From contig OZ024743.1 in assembly GCA_964016885.1 (NCBI GenBank), forward strand, positions 77,376,001-77,440,000: DNA of 64,000 nucleotides. The letters run 5' to 3'. The notes under the pieces are model-generated. The model was given only the letters and a program-made list of their open reading frames with translations. It searched no databases and was not told where the DNA came from. Shown here piece after piece: positions 54,064 through 64,000 of this stretch (its first letter is position 1; every line of letters starts with the position of its first letter). The DNA is from Eledone cirrhosa. Lineage: Eukaryota. A program made the position numbers and the translations under genes.

Positions 54064-55325
54064 TTGGGTTGGCAAGAAAGTATATTTCGGTTTTTAGTGT
54101 GAAATAAAAGTCATTTTTTTTTTTTCATACAAAGAATGAACTTTAATCAATTATATATTTTCCATTTTGTCATCTTTCTGGCAACTTCATGATCCCACGC
54201 TCATAGAACTTCTGGTCCTTATCAGCCAAAAACTGAAGCAAGTATGATTTCAGGTCGTCATCATTATTGAAAGTTTTACCATTCAAAGAATTTTGCAAAC
54301 TTCTAAATAAATGGTAATCTGATGGTGCAAGGTCAGGGCTATATGGTGGACGTGACATCACTTCCCAACCAAGCTCCAATAATTTTTCTCGAGTTAGCAA
54401 AGACGTGTGTGGTCTAGTGCTGTCATGGTGGAACACGATTCCTTTATGATTTGCCAATTCTGGCTGTTTTTCTTTGATTGCTTCCTCCAGTTTCATTAGT
54501 TGTTGACAGTAAACATCTGAATTGATCGTTTGGAAGCAGCTCAAAATACACAACACCTTTGTAATCTCATCAAATTGACAGCATGACCTTTTTTGGATGC
54601 AATTCAGCTTTTGATGTGGTTTGTGCTGGTTCATTTTGCTTGGCCCATGATCGTTTTTTATTGATATTATTGTAGACAATCCATTTTTCATCACCAATGA
54701 TGATACATTTCAAAAGAAGGTCAATTCCATTGCGTTTGGGATGCATATCGCAAATATTGGTTCGTTGTGTTAAGTGAATCTCTTTCAATTTATGCAGAAC
54801 CCAAATATCGAGCTTCTTAACAAGACCAAAACATTTTAAGCGATTTTCAATTGTTGTGTGTGATACATTTAACCTCTCTGCAATCTCTCGTACAGTTATA
54901 TGACAATCAGATTCAATTATGGCTTTGATTCGGTCATCAACTTCAGTAGGTTGACCAGAACGTTGGTCATCTTTGAGTGAAAAATCTCCAGAATGGAATT
55001 TTTTAAACCATTTCTGACATGTGTGTTCTGTTAAGCAATCAACACCATAAACTTCACATATCTCTTTGTGAGTCTCAGCAGCTTTCTTGCTTTTACGGAA
55101 ATAACAAGGCAAAATATGGCAAAAATGTTCGTTTTTGCACTCCATGTTAAAATTGACACTGAACTAACAGCTGTAAACAAAATTATGCACAATTTGCTTC
55201 TAAAGTAAGCTAAAACTAATGGCTATCAAATGTTAAAAGGAAAAAATCTTAACATTGACAAAAGTAATTTTTAAAAATCGTAACTCTATTTCACAAAAAA
55301 CGAAATTACTTTGTTGCCAACCCAA
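54064..55325 (-). mobile_element. Full-length mariner (D,D34D) element, transposase inactivated
   Basis: TIRs TTGGGTTGGCAA.. / ..TTGCCAACCCAA with TA TSD; motifs WVLHKL, GDEKW, HHDSTRPH, YSPDLAPSDYHLF; WW mutated to TGA TGA plus a frameshift near 54530. Confidence 0.93.
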
Positions 55326-55335
55326 TAATATATAT

Positions 55336-55530
55336 ATAGGAAAATGTATGACCTCGACAGCAGAGCTCAAGCCGTTTCGGCGGCTATTTCTGGACTCCAG
55401 AAATAGCCGTCGAAATGGCTTGAGCTCTGCCGTCGGGGTCATATATTTTCCTATTACCCACTCTACTACCCTAAGTATTGAGTACTCTGGTGTGATATGG
55501 TCCATCTGGTTCCTTACCACAACTCCTTCG
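55336..55530 (-). repeat. Short element with a 119-bp palindrome and a conserved leader (copy 1)
   Basis: 59-bp arms around C55395 with 5 mismatches; leader shared with 56285-56360 and 45557-45635. Confidence 0.88.
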
Positions 55531-55552
55531 TTATATATATATATAAACTAAA

Positions 55553-55857
55553 AAACTGGCACTCTGTCAGTTACGACGATGAATGTTCCAGTTGATCCGA
55601 TCAACAGAACAGCCTGCTCATGAAATTAATGTACCAGTGGCTGAACATTACACAGACATATGTACTCTTAATGTAGTTCTCAGGGAGATTCAGCATGACA
55701 CAGAATGTGACAAGGCTGGTTCTTTGAATTACAGGTACAACTCATTTTTGTCAACTGAGTGGACTAGAGCAACGTGAAATAAAGTGTCTTGCTCAAGGAC
55801 ACAGTGTGCTGTCGTGAATCGAACTCATGACCATACGATTGTGAGTCGAATACCCCT
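55553..55857 (-). mobile_element. tRNA-derived SINE with GTGTCCTTGAGCAAGACACTT core
   Basis: Minus strand B box GAGTTCGATTC followed by the core motif. Confidence 0.72.
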
Positions 55858-55866
55858 ATATATATA

Positions 55867-56166
55867 TATCATCATCATCATTTAACGTCCATCTTCCATG
55901 CTTGCATGGGTTTGGACGGGAGTTTTCCCACTTGAGGCATGATTGGTTGTCGTGCTCGTATAGGACTGTCTGGCGGGTTTTCTACGACTGGATGCCCTTC
56001 CCAACACCAACCACGTTTACAGTGTGTACTGGGAGGTTTTTACCGTGTTACCTACACGGCCACATTACAGCGTGGACTGTGTGTTTTTTTGTCGTGACAC
56101 CTACACAACCTCATTTGTTTCGGACTGGATGTTGTGGTACCAACATAACTTCACATTTAAGGGGGG
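55867..56166 (-). mobile_element. RTE subfamily A 3' UTR fragment
   Basis: Similar to 2144-2445. Confidence 0.88.
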
Positions 56167-56176
56167 TCTCTCTCTC

Positions 56177-56360
56177 AACGAGTAGGACCCCGACGGCTGA
56201 GCCCAAGCCGTTTCGACGGCTAATTCTGGACCTCATATTAGCCGTCGAAACGGCTTGAGCTCAGCTGTCGAGGTTCTACTCGTTCCTATTACCCACTCTA
56301 CTACCCTAAGTATTGGTGCGTTATGGTCCACCTGGTTCCTTACCACATTTCCTTCGTTAT
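56177..56360 (-). repeat. Short element with a 108-bp palindrome and a conserved leader (copy 2)
   Basis: 48-bp arms at 56177-56224/56237-56284 with 4 mismatches; homologous to 55336-55530. Confidence 0.88.
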
Positions 56361-58197
56361 ATATATATATTAAGAGGATCCCAACAGCAGATATTTTCAT
56401 ATACTGTCCGACCCTTGCAAGCAGGGAAAAGCGGACGTATGATGATGATGATGTCCAACATTCAGCTAATTTCAATAGAATAATACTGAAATAAATTGAA
56501 TCGTGTCAGTCTATTGAATATATAAAGATTTCTTTTGTGATATTTGAACTAATTTTGTGAATTCAAAATTTATATTGTTTTAAGAAAAAAATATAATTAT
56601 GAAATATGAATGAAGCTGTGTCATATCATTGTTTTTATCATTGCTATCGTATTAACATCTGTCATTCTTTCCTTGCTTGGATATAGCCTTGCAGTGTATC
56701 ATATTGACAATTGACATTCAACTCAATCCTTTGTGATCTTATCTCTCAAAGCCCAAGATTTTAAGTTCTGACCTCATCTCTTCTCTTCTTTGGTAGTTAC
56801 TAGTGTCAATGTAATACATCCACTGAATACTGCCTTCCCAAAAATGTCTCGTTAAAATTTATATAATCATCATCATCTTCACTATTATCTGTATCACTTT
56901 TATGTCTGCTTGGGTTGCCACTGACTGATTCAATTCTTATTGAGAGTTACTGACCTCTTAGAGGAGTTGGGAACTACATTTCACTCATATGTTTCGTTAT
57001 TGGCATATTTCTAACACCAATTATTTTTGCTGAGTGTACTCAGTGCATTTAATCATGGCATCAGCACTAGAGAGGTTATCATGTCCTCAGTAAGACTAAA
57101 GATTCCTCTTTTTTCTGTTATCTCCATTTATTTACCAACCACTTTACAGAGTGCTGGGTGCATTTTACCATAGTGCCAGCATTACAGGTGTTCTTTTGTC
57201 CCCAGCAAGACCAAAGATGCATCCCTACCTACCTTATGTTGTCCTATCTTCATATGTTCACCAGCATTAGAAGGTTGTCTTGTCCTCCACAGCTAGAAAA
57301 GAGAGTTGTTGAAGAGGGCCACAGTAAGAAGATGTAGAGTAGAGGAGCGAGAGTGGTAGACAGTTACATGATGATTGTTGGGAAGGAGATTCAATAGGAA
57401 TAGCATATATGTATATGTGTCTTCAAGACATTGCTTCTATTGCAATTTCTCATCTACTTCATATTAAAGACTAACCAATACCTCTGCTATTCATAACATC
57501 ATTTTCGGACTGTAGATACAATAAGATTTTCTTATTGTATCTACCAGAATACTGAAATACTTCTACTATTAAATCTCCAGGAACCTTGATATGATATACA
57601 CACGTCACACCAAAGCACATTATCCTATTTGTACTGATTGGCTTAAGAAATCAACTCCTTCAGGAATCATTTATTTTAAAACACATTGAACAGAAATTAA
57701 AGTGGGAGTCTTTCCATGCTAGAAACAGCTGCTAAATTTCTCCCAAATCACATTTCATTGTCTTAAAAGTAGGGATGGTACATTATATAATGCAGTCTTA
57801 GATCCACTAAAATGACAGGATGGTCACAACTGGGATATCTTTGATTATAGGTTTGCTCAATCAGTATTGACTTGGGCCGAATCTGGTATCTTCAACTTTT
57901 CTGTCCAGCCCTTTGCTCCATAGTTTTCTATAATTGTTATTCATTTATTTATTCTTTATTCATCATCATCATCATCTAACATCTATCTTCCACGCTAGCA
58001 TGGGTTAGACAGGAATTGTCCCACTTGAGGCAAGATTGATTGGGTGACCATGTCTTGCTCGGATAAAATCTATTCATTTATTGAAAGAGTTTTATTGGTA
58101 TATATATATATATATATTTTTTATGCAACAAAGTATATACACTTTAAAATTCAATTCTTATGTGAACTTTATTTTTTGTTTTTTTTTTGTTTTTCAG

Positions 58198-59634
58198 CTC
58201 TCCTGGTTTATCACTTGGAAGTGTATGGTCTTGTAACAACAACCAAATAAGGTCCAGTATTGAATCAGATTATGGAAATGTTGAACAGAATACCTCACCT
58301 CATTGGGATGAGAAATTTAACTCTTCATCTCTATTTCATGAGTCAAAATCATCAGATGCCTACCTCAGTGCCAAGGATACTTTTAGTTTTGAAGATCCTT
58401 TACTCACTGATACTTCTATTTCTATAGCTTCTACTTTGAATTACCCTTGCTTTTCAACTCCCAGATCTCTTGGAAACTTCAACAATCAGAACAACAATAA
58501 CTTGGTTCCAGATTCTGAGATTGTCCATAATATCTCAAATTCTAATTTTTCTAAAAACAAGTCATTACAGTGTGATAACACACCAATAGATATGTCTCCA
58601 GTGAGTCCACTCATTCATTTCCAGGGAGATTTTAACAACATTCAATCACCACAATCACCTGGAGTGTTAGATTCTTCAGTCAACAAAACCTACCCTATAA
58701 CTAATGGCCATGTTTTACCTTTGCAAGATTCTGCAGTAAATATTAATGAGAAAGCTTATCCGTTCCCCAATAAAAACAGTTTGACATTCCATATGCCTTC
58801 TACTCAGATCAATTCTGGCCATGAAAGAGAACCTTTCAATTGTGATTCAAAACCTCAAAATATTAGTTTCCACAAAAGAAACAATTCTGTATGTCAACAA
58901 CCTCCTATTCCTGTACAACAGCAAATTTCTTCCATCCCCAATCAGATTTCTTATGGTCGAATTCCGCCTAAATTTTGTAGTCACAACATGTCAAATTCTT
59001 CTCTGCCTAATGTTATTGATGCTGGCTTTAATAATGTTGAAAATTTACATCAGATTCCAAGGCGAAACTCATATCCTCATAAAAATAATATTGCAATGAT
59101 TGCTGCTACACTCAACAAGCAACACCTTCTACAAACAAAACTGTTAGATCACTGTAATGGAAATGTAACTAACATTGGGTCAAATATTTCTTTCCCCAAG
59201 AGTAATGGTGGACATGAAAATATTACACCATGTGCAGCTGATTTTGTGCCTATGGATCACCACCAGTTTAATCAGGAAAGATTTAATAGCCCAACATCTT
59301 TATCATCTAATGACTTTTACCGTCAAAGAGGAATCTCTCCAACAGAAGAAAATGATTTTGGGCCAGATAATTTGCAACAATACCCTGATGATTTTTATAT
59401 GCATGATATGGGTATTATCAATAATCATATTGGGCAACCACCATTTCTAAAATATTCCCCTCCACTTCCTACTAACCAAATGGTACCAACACCACGCAAC
59501 TTTGGACATGAGGTTTATCCACTTGAAAATTTCAGCTATTTCCCTCCATTTTTTTGTCCAAATGATTTAATTTATGACATGCCTTCTTATTTATATGGAT
59601 TTCATCCTCTTTATTCAGGCTATCGACACAATAG
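58198..59634 (+). CDS. MEIOC: MEIOC ortholog, large S/N/P-rich central exon (1437 nt)
   Basis: Long polypyrimidine tract + cAG acceptor; ~479 open codons; AG|GTAAAT donor in phase 2 joins directly to the conserved domain exon. Confidence 0.9.
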
Positions 59635-59889
59635 GTAAATTGAAATTACAATTTTACTGAAATTTTTACTAATAAAATTAAATATGTTTAGTGAAAACAA
59701 ATAATCAAGAATGAATTCTAACTTTGAAAAGTTCTGTCAGAACATCAACTATGTAAATTATTGCATTATTATTGTCTAAAATAATGCAGATAGATAAAGT
59801 TATTCATTGAAATTTTTGGTTATTATTAGTTTTATGATCTTAATTTTCTTAAAGAGTATTGCTAAGAGTCTAATTGCTTCTCTTCAATA

Positions 59890-60076
59890 GCAGCTCTTTC
59901 AATACCAACCTGCCCCAAATTACACCTGTTTCTATGAAATCTCCCACCCCATTTTAAAGGTTCCTATTTAAATTAAAATTTTCCAACATAATTTCATATA
60001 ACTTTTTGTTGTGATACAAAAAACATCTTAATTGTGAAATAATTCATATAATTTTTGTAAATCCTCCAAATTACTT
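59890..60076 (+). mobile_element. Decayed piggyBac-type MITE abutting the MEIOC acceptor
   Basis: TTCTATGAAAT..CCCATTTTAAAGGTT..TTTAAATTAAAAT.TTCCAACATAATTT..GTAAATCCT matches 32494-32670. Confidence 0.72.
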
Positions 60077-60081
60077 TGCAG

Positions 60082-60166
60082 AAGAAGTGGTCCTTCTAAT
60101 GAGTTACATTTAAGATTAGAGGAATGCTACGACCAGTTTAAGGCAATAGAAAGAGAGCGTAAAAAG
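60082..60166 (+). CDS. MEIOC: MEIOC conserved C-terminal coiled-coil domain, exon
   Basis: RSGPSNELHLRLEECYDQFKAIERERKK matches vertebrate MEIOC [28 protein letters not shown] (recalled); AG/GT boundaries. Confidence 0.95.
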
Positions 60167-60349
60167 GTAAGAAACCATTTTCATAATAATTTTTATTAAT
60201 GAGAATTACTTAAATACAGGTAATAGATACTTTTTATAGATGCTTCTAAGGACATTTGAGTCTAGGAATAACAAAATTGCATTTTTGTGATTGTGATATT
60301 TTTTAATCATTAAATTAAAATTTTATTTGTTGTCTGTTTTATATAAATA

Positions 60350-60465
60350 TTATGTCAACTATATTTTACAGAAGTTATACAATGAGGGAAATATTTGGTT
60401 ATCTGTTATACATAAACATATTATGTTAACTATATTTTACAGAAGTTATACAATGAGGGAAATAT
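60350..60465. repeat. Local ~45-bp direct duplication
   Basis: TTATGT(C/T)AACTATATTTTACAGAAGTTATACAATGAGGGAAATAT occurs twice. Confidence 0.9.
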
Positions 60466-60684
60466 GAAGAAAAAAGATAAAAACAAAATTAAGTAATGAA
60501 AAAAGGGGTAAGGGGTAAAGAAGGGCAGAACTGGCTGAAAAGTAGAGGAAGCAAGGTTATGAAAGCTTAATTACTTCTGATTGTGTGACTATATATTAAA
60601 AAATAATTAATTCTTTAATTAGTTATGTTTCAAGAATATGAAAAATTGTGGGTGCAAGTGTGACTGAGTAGTTAAGAAGTTTGC

Positions 60685-60910
60685 TTCTGAGAGGGTCATG
60701 AGGACAGTTCTCAAACACTCCTTCCAGTGGGTCCTGTCAGAAGCATCCAAATGAGACCAGCCAAACCCATGGATGTTATCCAACCATCTTGCTTGAGCTC
60801 TACCCCTAGGTCCCCTGCCGGTTGGTTTTGCTCGTAATCTGTCCAGCGATTCTTTTCTGAGACATTCTAACCACATGCCCATAGTATTGGAGCTGTGATC
60901 TTTCAATTCG
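60685..60910 (-). mobile_element. Expander/Rex3-like RTE fragment
   Basis: AKPTGRGPRGRAQARWLDNIH; similar to 41920-42135. Confidence 0.75.
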
Positions 60911-61042
60911 GCTCTGATATTCATTGTCAAAATTGACAGAGTATACATCATATATAAAATTATAACAAACTGATGAAAAATAGTTGTTTTTAATATCTCC
61001 AGGTGATTGCTGATTTTATGTATTATTTTATCTCACATATAG

Positions 61043-61276
<234 letters not shown>

Positions 61277-61304
61277 TAAAGCTACTGCTATTGTATACTA
61301 TATA

Positions 61305-61460
61305 GGCAGTGGCACGGCACAGTTGTTAGAATGTCAGACAGAATATTTTGCAGTATTCATTCCATTTCTCTGCACTCTTGAGTTCAAATCCTGCTGAGGT
61401 CAACTTTGCCTTTCATCCTTTTGAAGTCAATAAAAAAGTACCAGTCTAGTACTAGGGTCA
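61305..61460 (+). mobile_element. tRNA-derived SINE
   Basis: GAGTTCAAATCCTG plus shared body, similar to 29448-29600. Confidence 0.75.
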
Positions 61461-61784
61461 ATTCTTCCTCTATATCTCTTTCTCACTCCCACTTTATCCC
61501 TCACTCTCTCCTTTGGAAGAAATCGGCTATATTCAGACCTGGAGAGGGGATAGGTTCTGCCAGTTTTAAAGTGCCCAATACATACTGTATGTTTCTTTGG
61601 CACCCGTATGACTTCATGAGGAGTTACAGGTCCATATCATCATCATCATATATACATGATATACTATACAATTTATTCTTTTAATAGAGAATATTTCTAA
61701 ATTAAATTTCTAAATATTTTAAAATAAAATCTAAATAATTGAAATGTCCATTGTGAAGTTTGTTTCAAATCTATTTTCTTTCAG

Positions 61785-61965
61785 GTAAAAACTTTAATTG
61801 ATAAAATGGAGAAACTGAAAAACACATTACTTCATCTTAACATTCATTTAACTTTGGAAAAGTGGTATGAAGGAATACGTAAAGTACAAGCATGTCGTAG
61901 TGAAGAAATAATAAATGCTGCTAATAGGTACAAGAGTGGAATGCCAAGACATCAAGATGACAATG
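61785..61965 (+). CDS. MEIOC: MEIOC conserved domain exon; gene continues past it
   Basis: VKTLIDKMEKLK..LHLNIHLTLEKW..VQACRSEEIINAANR..GMPRHQDDN; tttcAG acceptor, G|GTAAAT donor in phase 1. Confidence 0.93.
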
Positions 61966-62811
61966 GTAAATATATGTTGAATTATATAAAAGCTTTAGTC
62001 ATTAATTGAAACAAAAATAGTTTTTATACATTGCTAAATTTTTTCAGCATAGATCATCATCATCATCATATAGCAAGAGGTATATGTAATAGTGGAGCTG
62101 ATATGTTGAAGACTTTTTTTCCATTTCTCAGCTGCTATAGAAAATTGAATTCTAACTCAAATATGATAAAGTATTCAAGAGATACAGAGTCCTGTTCTCC
62201 GTAGCTGTTGCTGCCCCCCCCCCCCCCATCTATAGGGGTTGTTTAGCTATTATTTATAGTGATCAACTGTTGTTATAGTTATTTTCTGAGTTTAGGATTC
62301 CCACATTTCCAAATATATACACACTGTGTGTATCTGTCTATATGCTAGTTTAGAAGAAATCAGACTTTGAAATGACAATGATGAATATATTTTTCAGAAT
62401 ATATTTATATTTATATATGTCATGCTTTTGTGAAAAATAGAATACTGTGTTTAACAATTTTATGAAATACATTACTAATATGTATCAATATATTTATAAA
62501 ACAGTCAAGAATTTGGAAGAATTTAGTTAAATTACTTTCTCAATATTAACTCTTTTATTATCGTATTTGGAGTGAGTTATTAAAGAATTTGGAGGGATTT
62601 ACTAAAATTATTATTTCATTATCACAATGTTGTTTGTGGAAATTTTCAAGGAATGCATAAATAACATCAGTAATGATGTAAATATAGAAAAACTGTGTTT
62701 TATTGTAAAATAATCACTCCAGATATTTTAGCACCTTATTTACATTGAATTTGAAGTTGATGAAAATCAGCTCAATTTTTTCCTTATCATATTTCTCAGC
62801 TTATATTTGAG

Positions 62812-63325
62812 TATCATCATCATCGTTTAACGTCCATTTTCCACGCTAGCATGGGTCTGGACGGGAATTGTCCCACTTGAGGCAAGATTGGTTGTCTTGC
62901 TCAGGACTGTCTGGCGGGTTTTCTACGGCTGGATGCCCTTCCTAACACCAACCACGTTTACAGTGTGGACTGGGAGGTTTTTACCGTGTTACCTACACGG
63001 CCACATTACAGCGTGGACTGTGTGTTTTATTGTCGTGACACCTACACGCCTGGCGGGTTTTCTACGGCTGGGTGCCCTTCCCAACACCAACCACGTTTAC
63101 AGTATGTACTGGGAGGTTTTTACTGTGTTACCAACACGGCCACATTACAGCGTGGACTGTGTTTTTTTTGTCGTGACACCTACACGACCTCATATGTTTC
63201 GGACTGGATGTTGTGGTACCAACAAAACTTCACATTTAAGGGGGTGGTGTGGATGGGGTGGGAGTAGTGGGACGGGTGTATTTTGTTAGAGGTGCCTACT
63301 GACTGTAGGTTTCGCTATATATGGT
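62812..63325 (-). mobile_element. RTE subfamily A 3' UTR fragment with an internal ~138-bp tandem duplication
   Basis: The block CTGGCGGGTTTTCTACGGCTGG..GACACCTACACG occurs at 62911 and again at 63050. Confidence 0.88.
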
Positions 63326-63496
63326 AAATTTTCAATTTCTTTAAGAGAAAACTTCAGATGTCACTGGTCAACAATATAGTTGATACAATAGGGCAGTCAC
63401 TACTACTCTGTAAAGAATAGCAGTCAAATCTTTCTCAAATCAAACTCTACTGTTATAAAAAGGAAGGGCATATTGAATAATGAAGTCTTATATATC

Positions 63497-63760
63497 TGTG
63501 GAGGTGTGTGGCCAAATGGTAATGGTGTTGGACTTACAATCATAATGTTGTGGGTTTGATTCCTGGGCTAGGTTGTGTATTGTGTTCTTGAGCAAAATAC
63601 TTTATTTCACGTTGCTCCAGTATACTCAGCTGAGTACCAGCAATAGCTGGGAGTTTAACCCTGTGATAGACTGGCATCCTGTCCAGGAAGGAGTCTTGTA
63701 CTCTGTCGTTTCACATCATGAAACACTGGCTTGATGGGCTTCCTGGCTTGAAACAGACTT
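63497..63760 (+). mobile_element. tRNA-derived SINE, second family
   Basis: Homologous to 51160-51450. Confidence 0.75.
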
Positions 63761-64000
63761 TAGGAGTCTTACATACACTGAAAAAAAGAAGTGATGGTTA
63801 TGAGTGGAATACTTTTTGTTCATAAGCTTACTGGATCAGTGTTGATCAAGGTCTAAACAACCTATTGGTAAAACACCATAATCAGTTTTACTGACATGGG
63901 TTAGATAGGTCATCATGTGATTTGTCAGATAATCACGACATTACAATTTTATTTAGTTTTTGATCAATAGTGATTAGTTAAATTGAGATGAGCTACTATG

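Noticed and set aside
63351-63385. acttcAG|AT GTC ACT.. as a phase-1 terminal MEIOC exon (DVTGQQYS*)
   Set aside because: Weak pyrimidine tract and no conserved terminal helix; the real exon is probably beyond the window.

Overview
AT-rich eukaryotic (metazoan) genomic DNA. The SINE and RTE repertoire looks like an octopod cephalopod, which is an inference from remembered repeat sequences. 1-17.7 kb is a huge (TA/TG/TATG)n compound microsatellite field interrupted by an apparently intact RTE-clade LINE, a CR1-group LINE and RTE/SINE fragments. 17.7-49.3 kb is a repeat patchwork: three near-identical copies of a second RTE subfamily, Expander/Rex3-like RTE relics, tRNA-SINEs, mariner and piggyBac MITEs, non-autonomous Helitrons and a Tigger/pogo relic. 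49.8-62 kb holds six phase-compatible exons of a MEIOC ortholog (+ strand), with a decayed mariner in an intron; the last exon appears to lie beyond the window. The most notable unannotated signal is a set of short elements sitting in TA runs that share a GTACTCAATAC-like leader. The leader is followed either by a hammerhead-ribozyme motif (canonical at 22394-22431 inside a 21-bp extended hairpin; decayed at 23241 and 30086) or by a ~110-120-bp covarying palindrome with nested hairpins (55336, 56177). An independent minimal hammerhead lies at 43350-43385. All the long YIYI/CVCM ORFs are microsatellite artefacts. Everything was read by eye, so repeat boundaries are approximate.
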